Positions 23,301 through 36,300 of a DNA stretch of 64,000 bases are shown here, piece by piece. Under the pieces are notes generated by a model. That model ran no database searches and was not told the DNA's origin. It worked only from the letters and a program-made list of their open reading frames with translations. Numbering within the stretch: position 1 is the first letter of the stretch; the number at the start of each line of letters is the position of its first letter. The stretch covers positions 27,214,345 through 27,278,344 of the forward strand of contig NC_134028.1 of assembly GCF_964204645.1 (NCBI RefSeq), given 5' to 3'. This stretch comes from Tubulanus polymorphus. Taxonomy: Eukaryota; Animalia; Nemertea. Both the position numbers and the translations under genes were made by a program.

Positions 23301-25610
23301 CCCCTACATCTCTCCCATCCTCCCAAGTCCTACCACCACCCCTTTCATCCCTCCCACCCTCCCAAACCCCATCCCTCCCACCCTCCTAAACCCCATCCCT
23401 CCAACCCTCCCGGACCCCTTCCCTCCCGCCCTCCCTCACCCCATCCCTCCCGCCCTCTCTCACCCCTTCCCACCCTCCCGGACCCCTTCCCTCCCGCCCT
23501 CACTGACCCCTTTCCTCCCGCCCTCCCTCACCCCATCCCTCCCGCCCTCTCTCACCCCTTCCCTCCCAGACCCCTTCCCTCCCGCCCTCCCTCACCCCTT
23601 ACCTCCCCCAACCCTCCCACCGTCCCGAACCCCTTCCCTCCCGCCCTCCCTCACCCCTACATCCCTCCCGCCCTCTCACCCCTTCCCTCCCACCCTCCCT
23701 CCCAGACCCCTTCCCTCCCACCGTCCCTACCCCAACCCTCCCTAAACCCTGTGGTTAGGCGAGTTCAATGTCCGGATGTTTTAGTTAGATGGATGGGAAT
23801 CTAATGAAGATGAGAGAACATTAAATCACTGTTCAATCACAGGATGAAGTAATGCAGTGATCTGTACTCTGTATCTGTACACAATGTTACATGTATCTGT
23901 AACTGTACAATCAGTATGAAATAAGTACAGCAGTTTAATCTACAGAAATTCTAACTCTCAAGATACACATGATCTGATTATCACGAAGGAACATGATTGA
24001 TAACAGTTGTATTATTGACATCAGGAACCAGTTTCATATTGATTAGAAATAACATTTGAGTTGATCGCAATTTAGAAAACCTGTAAACCCGCTTACAGAA
24101 ATAACAATCCCAACCATGAACTGATTATAGCCAAATATTCATCAAAAGAAATTTGAAATGATTGAATAACTGCAGCAGGTTTCTGAGATTTCATTTCAAA
24201 ACATGGTTTATAACAAACAATATAAAATTGGTCCCTTAAAATCAATTCAACAACCGATAAATAAAGATTAAAATGTTACTTATCTTGAATTTCCACAGAG
24301 GCTATAGTGATTCCTGATGTCATGCTGAATCCAAGAGTGATTCCCGATGTTCTGTGCTAAATCCAAAAAAGTCTGGTTGTAAAACACTGATTCCTTGTTG
24401 TCCTGTGCTGAATCCAAGAATGATTCCCGATGTCCGGCGCGAAACCAAAAAAGTCTGATTGTGAAACACTGATTCCTTGTTGTCCTGTGCTGAATCTAAG
24501 AGTGATTCTTGTTTTCCTGTGCTGAATCAAAATTCCTGTTGAACATGTTGAAGTGATACCTATAATAGACAAATCTAAGATTGTTTTCTTTCCTCAGAAA
24601 TAACTGCAGAAATATCAAATCTAAAATTCAAACTTACAAATTAGATTGTTCACTCCAATCTGCAGTTCGTTTATTCACGGGGTTTTTCTATCCACAGTTT
24701 AGGTTTTGCATCTAGAGTTCAACATGAAATATAAACAAGAAAGTAATGAAAAAACGAACAGTTTAAATATTATCTGTTTCTGAAACCGATGAAGATCATC
24801 ATCATCGATATCACAGACGAACGGAGGCAGGTAGAGGCATCAATCCTCCCACGGCAGGGACTCGAACCTGATGGCATCCAGATTGCCACGGTACGAAACC
24901 CTGCCACACTAGACCGAGTGCGCAGCAGCTACACGCGCAGCTTAGATAATGTCATTAATAGCCAATCAGAAATTCAGTTTTATTTTAGCCCGGGTTTACC
25001 CATTTATAGTTCTTCCGTGAAATTTACCTCAGCGATTAACGAGCAATCTGTTTGGTGCCGCAAGATTTTGCGCGGTAAAGCTGCGCATGTACCTGCGCAC
25101 CCGGTCTAGTGTGGCAGGGGTTCGTGCCGTGGCTGAGTGTAGCAAGCGATGTCATCAGGTTCAAATCCCTCCCATGGGAGGATGTTGGTGTCCCACATGT
25201 TTGGACTGCGATTAATAGGCCTATAGGTTAAGCGTCAGATGAAATAAACTTACACTGTTTTCACAGTTTGATGTAATCAGTCGATGGAATCATTTTAGAA
25301 CAAATTCATCACAAAACAGCGAGGTGAAGCCCATCGTGGTCTAGATATATCGGGATGGAATGACGTCGATATGCTCGACTGAGCGCCACCAGTCCACAAG
25401 TGCACCGTTTGTAGGATGTACCTCTGAAATAATTTGATTTCCCACAATATCTGAGATGGAATATTTTTCGCCATTTAAACCAATGTTACAAACACTTACC
25501 AAATATTGAAATACTGATTTCAGGGGTCGGGAAGGAGGGTGGCAATGTTTAGGTGAGGTTTTTGCTAAATTTCGTGTTATGGTAAAGCACGCCATTTTGA
25601 TATTGCGTCA
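17330..25610 (-). pseudogene. Multi-exon gene model T2
   Basis: Same splice sites as T1, plus a strong AAG|GTAAGT donor at ~19844. PolyA signal at 17351-17346. Nonsense change at 19169-19167. Confidence 0.6.
23005..23164. mobile_element. 160-bp MITE with 5-bp TSD (hAT-like termini)
   Basis: TAGAA|CAGTGTTTTCAATAAGA...TCTTATTGAAAACACTG|TAGAA. The empty site CTTAGAATAATAAAAAG is seen in other copies. Confidence 0.92.
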
Positions 25611-26260
25611 TAGTGTACCTCAGATTGGGATTCCCGCCGCTAGACTGGTCACCGCCACCTGTATTCGCAGGTAGAAATGGCAACCAGTCTATTGCAGGTC
25701 TCGGCTTCTTTTCGATTAGATTAGGTTTTATATTCTACGCAATATTCAAAGAATTTATTCTAATGAAAACCACGCTCTTTACCAATCTAATCATTCGTTT
25801 CGAGGTTTCCGTAATTACTACTTTAGTTCACAGAAATTCCGCTATCGTTATTCATTGGGGCAGCACTGAACGGTTGTAATTTGATGCAGTGTTGCTATTT
25901 TACTGCGGCATGTGAGGAATACAGATTTTTCTTAAGTCAAATTTCATTCATCACTCAACACTAGTTTGTTAGAAATTAATAACTCTACCAACATTAGAGC
26001 TTTATATAAGGAGAGTAAATGGTATGATAGAATCTCCCTAATTCCGATCATTGGGACCAACAAAATTCATCCGTTTTACGGCAAATCCGGATTAAAAGTC
26101 ATTTTCGTGTATATGAATGATTAAATTGACTGTAAATATTATCCGGATTAGACCAAAATTCGGATTAAGCCGATGCGGATTAAACGATTTAGTTTGACTG
26201 TATTAGCCAAAAGAATCAGTCTTCCAGGGCACTAAAATTACCAAGAAACAAACACTGACG

Positions 26261-26667
26261 AGTGTTGGCCTGGTTAATAAACGCAGAAATGCTAGTGTTG
26301 GCCTGGGTGAATAAACGCAGAAACCCTAGTGTTGGCCTGGGTGAATAAACGCAGAAACCCTAGTGTTGGCCTGTTTAATAAACGCAGAATCCCTAGTGTT
26401 GGCCTGTTTAATAAAGCAGGAACCCTAGTGTTGGCCTGTTTAATAAACGCAGTAACCCTAGTGTTGGCCTGTTTAATAAACGCAGAAACCCTAGTGTTGT
26501 CCTGTTTAATAAACGCAGAACCCTAGTGTTGGCCTGGTGAATAAACGCAGAAACCCTAGTGTTGGCCTGTTTAATAAACGCCGAAACCCTAGTGTTGGCC
26601 TGTTTAATAAACGCAGAAACCCTAGTGTTGGCCTGTTTAATAAACGCAGTAACCCTAGTGTTGGCCT
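26261..26667. repeat. 33-bp VNTR upstream of the tRNA-like element (~12 copies)
   Basis: Unit AGTGTTGGCCTGTTTAATAAACGCAGAAACCCT. About 5 copies at 60046-60223 and 1-2 elsewhere. No spacers. Confidence 0.95.
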
Positions 26668-26713
26668 TGTACCACACTGACCACACGCATTCACAAACTT
26701 GGTCAGCCATCAG

Positions 26714-26840
26714 AACTCAGTGGTCTAGTGGTTAGCGTGCTCTGCTGGCATGCTGGAGTTCGCAGGTTCGAGTCCTGCTAGAGTTAGGGTTACCGTCGAT
26801 CTAGGGTTGGGGTTAGTGCCTCAGGTTGGGGCTAATTTTT
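26714..26840 (+). ncRNA. tRNA-derived/TTAGGG element, copy 3 (most tRNA-like)
   Basis: Has the canonical T8 (TGGTCTAGTGGTTAG) and TAGAGTT, which improves acceptor-stem pairing. Confidence 0.72.
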
Positions 26841-28218
26841 GGCCCAGCGAGGTATTTGTAGTACGATGATCATCTGTTTGACTCAGGTTATTTTTTGGTC
26901 AATAGATTCTATACTAACTCATATATTTTGAACACAAATATTTGCTTTATCCTTAGAAGCCACTTTATTTAAAAGATACTTCGCTCAATACAGTAGTTTA
27001 TTTCTAAATGAATAAAAGAGTTGGTGACATTATTCAATATATATAAAAACCACAATATCTACTTTACGGTTGGTATGCAACAATTTCCACTCTTTTCCAT
27101 ATAGGTGTCGCTTTGGATAAATGTCTATATCTCTTGACCCAATGGACCGATTACGATTAAACTTGATACACAGGAACTTTTATCAAGTAGCACTCGGGGT
27201 GGGTGAAATCGCTCTAGGTTGAAGTTACACTGTCCTAAAATGGCTCCAAACAACGTGAAATTGGTAGTTAGGCCTACTTCGAGTACGGGTAGAACACATT
27301 TTGAAATCGTATCGTTGTAGGTTATCGTAAAGAAGATGAATCCGTAGGCACCTAATACGACGATTAACAGTACAAATATCGTTATAGACACGCGGTTTTA
27401 GTCGAGACATTGATGGCCGGGTTTAACTATTCCTGGATATGACCATGTTTCACAATTAAATTCATCTTCTGAATGAGGACGACCATCGAACACGTTTCTA
27501 ATCGCGTCATAATGGGTACGGGGTGTCCCGCGTTCGAACCAAGTAATTACTGATACTGGTTCAGAGTGGTCTTTGTACAGGGGTGTCCCGGGTTCGAACT
27601 GAGTAGTGGTCCAAGTTGTCCTGATACTGAATGGAGGATGTACAGGGTTGTGTCCCGGGTTCGAGAACCAGTAATTACTGATGATACTGATTCAGAGTGG
27701 TCCTGATGCTGATTAGATGATGTACAGGGGTGTCCAGGGTTCGAACTCAGTAGTGGTCCAAGTTGTCCTGATGCTGAATGGAGGATGTACAAGGGTGTCC
27801 CGACCGTACGGTGCTGCCGCTATGCTCATCGTTAGCGGGATTTCCATACACTAACTGAAGTCAACTCTGGCAATCGTCGTGCTGTCCAGTTATACTCCGT
27901 AACCCTTGCTTGCCAGAGTTGACTAACGTTAGTGTATGAAAATCCCGCTACCGATGAGCATAGAGGCAGCACCGTACGGTGAAATGTCGATATCTTAACA
28001 AAAGTAATTACTGATTCTGATTGGAGGATGTACAGGGGTATCCCGGGTTCGAACCAGTAATTACTGATACTGGTTCAGAGTGGTCTTGATACTGAATAGA
28101 GGATGTACAGGGGTGTCCTGGGTTCGACCCCGCCACGAAAAATGATTAAATAACGCACACACGACTCACAGCAACAATTATCTATATTTATTCCTCATTG
28201 TTATGTAACACACACCAG

Positions 28219-28437
28219 GACCCAGTTCCACAGTTGTGAGTTAGAGTTAACTCTGAGTTAAAGTTAATTTATTTTCAATGAGTTACCCCAGGGCCCAGTT
28301 TCACAAAAAGGTTTAACTCTTAAATCGATTTAATTTCTTCATTAATTCAGTTTATCTTAAATCGATTTAGGCCTTAATCCTTTTTGTGAAACTGGGCCCA
28401 GAGTTAAATCTTAACTCAAGAACTGTGGAACTGGACC
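28219..28437. mobile_element. Nested PIF/Harbinger-like MITEs (inner element 28292-28398); also 61608-61824
   Basis: Inner: CAG|GGCCCAGTTTCACAAAAAGG...CCTTTTTGTGAAACTGGGCC|CAG. Outer: GACCCAGTTCCACAGTT...AACTGTGGAACTGGACC, flanked by CAG/CTG. Empty site in copies 1, 2 and 4b. Confidence 0.88.
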
Positions 28438-30385
28438 CTGCCCTTTTAAGAATAGTAGTTGGACCATCGAATTGAAACCCTCGCATACCAGGGTAAGAAA
28501 GAAAAAATGAATTCCTCGAGTGGACACCAGGGGTCGCAGTTTCACAAAAAACGATGCATTAACTGAATTTGTGAAGAAACTTAATCTGGATCAAATCTCA
28601 CAAAAACAGATGAACTTCCTGAACTCTTGATCTTTGATAATTAATCCGGTGAACTGTACCCGCGGTAGGATTTGGTTTATGATGCGAGGGTTTCAATCAG
28701 ATTTAGATGCCGCAGTTTCGCACACTGAATAGCGAGTGTCCAGTTTCACAGAGAAAGGATGAATCAATTTCAACTTGGATTTAATTTTTTCTTCAAAATA
28801 AAATGTTTGAACGCAATTGGTTTATGAAACTCTACCCTAGGCCCAGTTTCTTCAAAAATATTCATTCATTGAGGCGGTAAAGTCGAATTGATTAAAGTTT
28901 TTTGAATAAATTATTTCTATGAAACTGAACCCGTGGGATTTACGTGTGACGCACTGAGTGTGTGTGAAACTGCTGGCGTCTGTAATCACAACTAAAACAA
29001 CACAGATAATTCATCTTTATTTCAAATAAAACAGAACAACAGTTCACACGAAATATTATAGTCCCATAATAAAGAAAACCTGTCGATATTTCAACTTTAT
29101 GGTTTCATTGATTGAGTTACTTGTCAAAACATGTCCATATTACATCATTATACAATATGTGTATCATACAATTTTTTACAAAACCAGACCAATAAAACTG
29201 GGTCGTGGGGTACAAACAATTACAAACTAATGCAACCAGTTATCGCTGCTTTACAGCTACATTTAATCTTCAATTTCAATTTTCCCTAAAACTTTAACAC
29301 CCACTATATAGAAACTTAATAGAAGTAAAAGAGACAACATTTTGGAGTCTCTGTAGAGACCATCATCAAGTCTGAAGAATAACTAAAACAGGGAAAAACA
29401 AGTTAATTGGGAAAGTAAAGCGAGTGTTCAGTGCTAAGGTTGAGAGGTTTTGTTATTTTGTGCGTATAGGTTGTTCTAGTTATTTCTTCATTATACTTTT
29501 TTTATTTGATTCTGATTCTTGATAAATGAATTTTGCCTTTTAAATTTGCATATAGCAGGGTTTAAATTATATATTCTATGCCTGAGTCAGGCTATTATTC
29601 TATTAGCAAAAATGACACCACAGCTTTGAGAGATCAGGGGATCAGGGGATGACTCTATTGTTTTTATGGATATGTGATACAGTCTATCAAACCATCATAA
29701 ACAGAACAACAGTAGGCTGCCCGTGCCGGTCGGCACAGATAAACAATATTCATTTGGCTCCAGGTAGATGGTTGGTCCCAGTCCCTGTCAAAATGGCAAA
29801 TTGGTCTCGATCCAAACTTCGTCCTAGAATAGAGAAAATATTACATAGAAAATGTTCGATTGAATTAACAGTCAAGTGGGAATTGTTTTCATGACATAAT
29901 TCGGTAACTAGAATTTATAATTACCTTATAATTCTAGATAATTCAACACCAGTATTCAATCTTTGATCACTTTTCAAACTGTTCTATTGGACAAATTTCA
30001 TGCTGCAAAAAATCATTATATTATGAAAATACTAAGTAATCTATTTATAGCAGTCTGAAATTGGGGCTAAATTCTATTAGAAAATCAATCATTTTCAAAC
30101 TTGTGTTTAGCAGAATTAAGCAGCATCAGCTGCAGCAGCATCAGCCGCACTTCTTTCCGGAGAATCACACATAAAAATTCTGTACAGAATAATTAAATGT
30201 TAGAATATTATGAAATTAGAGCACAGTGGAGTGATGAAATACTCACCATTTCTAAACTCATATCAGATAAGTCCAGTGCCATCTAGCAGGATTTCACTTC
30301 CAACAGTCATAATGTCATGAAGTTAAGAGAACTGATGATTTTCTGAGAAACTAAATTCTTAAACCGATAGCAGCAGCTTCAGAAA

Positions 30386-30995
30386 CTAGAGCTTCATTAC
30401 TCTTTGAATGTGAATATTTTTAATTTCTCCAGTTCCAAAAAGTGTTGGGCGTATTGCATTCTGGAAAGATTAAATTATGCCAGAAAATGGTTAATGAAAT
30501 AGATAGAAACTGCAACTTGTTTGTGTTCGATTGACAGAAAACCTACCAGGTTAATGAGTAGTTTATCACAATGTGTCGAGTATATGCAGATTTCTGAGAG
30601 GTTTGATGGTAGCTTTAGACTGCGTCCTCTAGTAAAACGTTGATACCTGCCAACATTGACCGATCAAAACATCATTTTCTGGACTTGATTTGAAGATCAC
30701 CACAAATTACTGCAATAAATCGATATAAAACTCACCGCTTCTGACTTGTTTGATTTGTGGAGCGCAATGTTAACTGCAAGTTCAGCTTTATTTTGGACCC
30801 TAGAATACAAAAGTTGTATAATTTTGATGATTCGAGCTTTGATAAGAATAGAAGTGATTGAAAATTCGCCTTCACTGATTAATGTAGCTTCTAATCAGGA
30901 AATGAGTTTATAAATGTACAGTCAAACAGAGACTAGAATCTGTAGAGATATTTACCGGTACCGTATTGGTTTTGAGGATCTAAAGCGATGTCCAT
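30386..30995 (-). CDS. Possible residual spliced 92-aa ORF, unknown family (exons 30995-30956, 30799-30736, 30646-30547, 30460-30386)
   Basis: Hand-spliced product: MDIALDPQNQYGTGSKIKLNLQLTLRSTNQTSQKRYQRFTRGRSLKLPSNLSEICIYSTHCDKLLINLNAIRPTLFGTGEIKNIHIQRVMKL*. Exon phases are compatible across three GT-AG introns. No recognisable domain. Confidence 0.3.
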
Positions 30996-31245
30996 CTTAA
31001 ACAAATGTGAAGTGAATTCCCAATGTTTACTGTTCACAGATTCTATCAACGGTTTCAGTTATTTCAGCTCCTAAATACAAATTTTAGAAATTGTCAGTTA
31101 AGTTGTTATGAAATAAGAGCAGTTTCACACCAAATTAAACTGTGATCCGTGATCTTTGAGTGGTTGAATGCTGGAAACATAAACAGATAGAATAATTTAT
31201 ATAGAACAGTTCTCTAAAAATAATGAATTTCCAAACAGGTTTTAC

Positions 31246-31465
31246 CGGCTGCTGCTGGCGCTGTGGCTGCATGGTGCTGGTACTGCGGGTACTGCCAGTG
31301 CTGCTGTTGCAGCTGCTGGTGGCGCTGTTGCTGCATGGTGCTGGTACTGCAGGTACTGCCAGTGCTGCTGTTGCTGCTGCTGGTGGCGCTGTTGCTGCAT
31401 GGTGCTGGCACTGCAGGTACTGCTAGTGCTGCTGTTGCTGCTGCTGCTGCGGTGTGTATCTCATC
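31246..31465 (-). repeat. CAG-rich exon with 64-bp internal repeat (95, 98, 220 and 251 nt in the four copies)
   Basis: CATGGTGCTGG recurs at 31270, 31334 and 31398. Bounded by TTACAG| and |GTAAAA on the minus strand. Counterparts at 8688-8782, 19640-19737 and 53729-53979. Confidence 0.8.
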
Positions 31466-32975
31466 CTGTAACTGAGAGTAAAACAGTAATTTTTAGTTCA
31501 AAAATAATTCAAAATATCAACAGAGACTGTGAAGAATTCTGTGGAGAAATTCATTAACAGTTTTGTGCTTATCTTTAAATGAGCGTGTTTAAATAGTAAA
31601 TTATATTGCATTCATTTCATTCTGAAAAGAAAAAGAAACAATAATCAGTGACAATAGAGCAGAATGTAACATCTCAAATTATCAATCAATCAGACAGAAA
31701 CAGTACAGGATTTCTGTGGATTAAACAGCTGTACTTATTTCATACTGATTGTACAGTTACAGATACATGTAACATTGTGTACAGATACAGAGTACAGATC
31801 ACTGCATTACTTCATCCTGTGATTGAACAGTGATTTAATGTTCTTTCATCTTCATTAGATTCCCATCCATCTAACTAAAACATCAGAACATTTTAACTCA
31901 TCTAACCTCCCGACCCGACCCTCCCCTCCCAGACCCCTTCCCTCCCAGACTCCTTCCCTCCCGCCCTCCCAAACCCCTTCCCTCCCGCCCTCCCTGACCC
32001 CTTCCCTCCTGCCCTCCTGGACCCCTCCCTCAATGCCCTCCCACCTGGCCCTCCCTCAATGCCCTCCCACCTGGCCCACCCTCAATGCCCTCCCACAATG
32101 CCCTCCCATCATGCCTCCTCAACTCTCTTGTCTCCTCTTCACACACCACTCATCTGTACAATAACTACAAAACGATTTGCCATTTTTCACGATCATATCA
32201 ATTTCATTTATAAATCAAAATCCTTAATCAATTGCACCATTGATGGGACTCACAGATACTTTCTCTACACATTTTGGAGGCATTCAGATGACCTCAAATG
32301 ATCATATGCCTGGGTTGGTCTTGAAAATTACATGGCTTCATTTTTACAGATGATTTCTTTATCAATTTCATCAAATTATTCCTATTATTTCTACTCCCTC
32401 TAATAAGTATTCACAATATATCTCAGTTTCACGACAAGTTGCAGCAGTCGTCTGTAAACAGATTTCATTTCATCAAATGATACGAGTTTGAGTTGTAGAG
32501 GTTTCATCTACAAAACATCAAACCAAACCTGAGGAACCTAACGTTGTAAGGGAGGGGGAGGTATACGGAGGGTTCACCCGAACCAAGGAAATAAGCCCGA
32601 ACCAAACCTTCACACTCACAAAATGTCGCGAGAAAGGCAAACACAAACCAAGGACAAGAATGATGGCTGAGATCAAAACAATTAAGGCTATTGATGTTGC
32701 TTCACCAATTCAACATGACGTCACTAAATGAAACCATTGTGGACTATTTCAATACTCTCTACTAGAGGTTTCATATAAGCAAGTAGTTTATGGAATCCTA
32801 TTCATAAAAGTTATTAATCAATGTTTTTAAACTGCTGATGCAAAATATATACGTCATAAATAATCTGTTTGATTGTCTTTTCAAGTTAACACTTAAACCC
32901 AGTGGAACGAACTCCAGCCATTTTTCCTTCATTTGCCATTTTTCGTTTTTACTCTTTTCTCTGACTTTTAGCACT

Positions 32976-33165
32976 TGAGTCGAGGTAGGAATAGACCCCT
33001 GCCCGCTCGCTAAGCGTGCAGGACACTAAACCTTCAAATTGCTCTCGGAACCTTCTCTTTATATTTTATCTTTTTTGAGTCGAGGTAGGAATAGACCCCT
33101 GCCCGCTCGCTAAGCGTGCAGGACACTAAACCTTCGAATTGCTCTCGGACCCCACTCTTTATATC
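32976..33165. repeat. Local ~100-bp tandem duplication unique to copy 3
   Basis: TTGAGTCGAGGTAGGAATAGACCCCTGCCCGCTCGCTAAGCGTGCAGG occurs twice. Confidence 0.85.
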
Positions 33166-33396
33166 AGCATTTCATGCTGTTTTATTTTATTCACGCATTC
33201 GCTTTACATTTTTTCATATGGCTTTTCCTTATTTGTCGTCTCACTAAAATTCTCATCAGTTCCGACTGGGATCAAGTTTAATCTTCGAGAGACAAACAGC
33301 AAAAGGTTGTGTTAGTTGCACCAGCAGCAGCAGCTGCAGAAGCACCAGCAGCAACACTGATACAGATGAATCTTTCATTAACTACGTCATTTGTTC

Positions 33397-36300
33397 CATT
33401 CTCAAATATTGAGTCATGAAGGCAACAGAAATAACTTTAAAAAACGTTAAATCTTTCATTCATGGTCTTTGTTTAGTGACCTAAGCGTCAAAGTTTGGTT
33501 CATAGCCCAGGTTTGGTGACCAAAGAGTCAAAGTTTGGTTCATAGCTCAGGTTTAGTGACCAAAGAGTCAAAGTTTGGTTCATAGCCCTGTTTTGGTGAC
33601 CAAAGAGTCAAAGTTTGGTCTATGGTTCTGATTTGGTGACCACGGAGGGTAAATATAGCTCATGGCCCTCGTTAAAGGTAAGTCAGTTTTATGGCTCTGG
33701 TTTGATTAGCAAATAACATGAGAAATTGTGCGTTGCATATGTTGAATAGGGGAATTGGACTAAACACTCATCACTAGAATAAAGTGAAGAATTATGTTTA
33801 CACTGAATGGGCTCAAAATCTTGGACTAATTGATAAAGTCCGAAATAATTCTGACTAATTTGAGTCTATCGGAAAATGATGCATTGATCGAAGTCTAAAA
33901 GCTATAAACTGACAAATTGATCGAGCACTGATAATATTTTAAATAACAGCGGAGGATGAAATAACTTTCATAAACTGATATGATCGTGAAAAATGGCAAA
34001 ATACACTAGATACACCTCCCCCACGCTTTATCAGAGTCTCATTGTAGTAGGAAGATTGCCGTAGCCTAACTTTAAAAACTACAACTACATCTGGTTGAAT
34101 ATCATTTGTTTTTATGGCTTTTAAATTCAGTAAAATATTTCCTGATAGAAGTACAATTAGTTCGCAGCCCCTTAAATTCTGTCTAGAATAGAATTATAAG
34201 TCACAGGTAGAAATAGAATATTATCCTATTCTAAAATGAATATAACAATAGAACAATAGTCTCTCCGTGTCAATCTTTGTCCCACCTAAAAATTGTACAG
34301 TTTATTTCAGAAATTGTGTCCCATCTTTTTGAAAAGGATAACTAATTATTAAGGATATCTATGAATAGTGACATACTGTGCCATGAAGGCAAATGAAGAA
34401 GTGTGTCCATAAAAGTGATAACAAAACATATCACTTATTCTAATGAGTTCTATACTCTTCTTCCAAAAATGAAGAGTAGGTCTCTGTCTAAGAATCTGCA
34501 GAAAAAAGAGGAAGCAGCGATGAATGTGACTGCATCAACAATTTTCTAAGTCGTCCTATACAGTTCTCAGTATTTACAGCCGTTTTTAAAATAGCACAGA
34601 AGAAAATACATCTTTCAGCTGGAAATGTATCAGTAAACGGCCAGATATCAACAGTAATTATTACGTATGATTGTTGTTTCATTGAATTATTAATGAAGCC
34701 GTGTTTTGATCGGAGCCAAGGAGCAGTTTGTGATCATTCAAAAAATATCTCTCATTCCTGACCACATTAAATAATGGCCCTAAAATTTGAAACGTCCCAA
34801 TTCAAAAATCTGGGGGCAATTATCTCATAACGATTGAGAGAAGTGACGGTGAAATAACGTGCGCACTCACCGGGGATCAAACCCGGGTCTCATAGAAATA
34901 ACAACTAGTAAAATAGAACGAGTCCAATTGGCCGATGGTTATACAGCTTGTCATGCATAACAACTGAAACATGACATGTTGCAGTCACGTGTTTCATAAT
35001 GATTAATCCTTTCATAGAATAATAAAAAGATAGGACACATTTTCTGAAATATCCTAAACTTCAAGACTAAAACTACGACTAAACCACCTGTACCTGTACC
35101 TAAACCCTAAAGCCCCACCCTATATCCCTCCCTCCAAAGTCCTACCACCACCCCTACATCCCTCCCATCCTCCCGGACCCCATCCCTTCCACCCTCCCGG
35201 ACCCCTTCCCTCCCGGACCCCTTCCCTACCGCCCTCCCTCCCAAACCCCTTCCCTCCTGCCCTCCCTCACCCCATCCCTCCCACCCAGACCCCTTCCCTC
35301 CCACCGTCCCCCACCCCAACCCTCCCTCCCTCTACCCCTTCCCTCCCCCAACCCTACCCACCCTCCCCGAACCCCACGGTTAGATGAGTTGAATGTTCTG
35401 ATGTTTTAGTTAGACGGATGGGAATCTAATGAAGATGAGAGAACATTAAATCACTGTTCAATCACAGGATGAAGTAATGCAGTGATCTGTATCTCAGTAT
35501 CTGTACACAATGTTACATGTATCTGTAACTGTACAATCAGTATGAAATAAGTACAGCAGTTTAATCTATAGAAATTCTAACTCTTAAGATACACATGATC
35601 TGATTGTCACGAAGGAACATGATTGATAACAGTTGTATTATTGACACCAGGAACCAGTTTCATATTGATTAGAAATAACATTTGAGTTGATCACAATTTA
35701 GAAAACCTGTAAACCCGCTTACAGAAATAACAATCCCAATCATGAACTGATTATAGTCAAATATTCATCAAAAGAAATTTGAAATGATTGAATAAATGCA
35801 ACAGGTTTCTGAGATTTCATTTCAAAACATGGTTTATAACAAACAATATAAAATTGGTCCCTAAAAATCAATTCAACAACCGATAAATAAAGATTAATGT
35901 TACTTATCTTGAATTTCCACATAGGTTATAGTGATTCCTGATGTCATGCTGAATCCAAGTGATTCCCGATGTCCGGCGCGAAACCAAAAAAGTCTGATTG
36001 TGAAACACTGATTCCTTGTTGTCCTGTGCTGAATCTAAGAGTGATTCTTGTTTTCCTGTGCTGAATCAAAATTCCTGTTGAACATGTTGAAGTGATACCT
36101 ATAATAGACAAATCTAAGATTGTTTTCTTTCCTTAGAAATAACTGCAGAAATATCAAATCTAGAATTCAAACTTACAAATTAGATTGTTCACTCCAATCT
36201 GCAGTTCATTTATTCACAGGGTTTTTCTATCCACAGTTTAGGTTTTGCATCTAGAGTTGAACATGAAATATAAACAAGAAAGTAATGAAAAAACGAACAG

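Larger units (their letters stand above)
21572..33396. repeat. Large tandem unit, copy 3 (~11.8 kb)
   Basis: Collinear with copy 1, with extra MITE insertions (23005, 28219) and expanded 33-bp and 64-bp arrays. Confidence 0.97.

Noticed and set aside
26261-26667. CRISPR array (33-bp repeats); likewise the 40-bp and ~75-bp arrays
   Set aside because: Repeats are directly adjacent with no unique spacers, no cas genes are present, and the context is eukaryotic.
1-33396. rDNA, histone cluster, or Helitron/Polinton/LTR tandem array
   Set aside because: No rRNA, histone, Rep-helicase, polymerase, integrase or RT sequence was recognised. The two visible array breakpoints fall at different unit positions rather than at fixed element termini.
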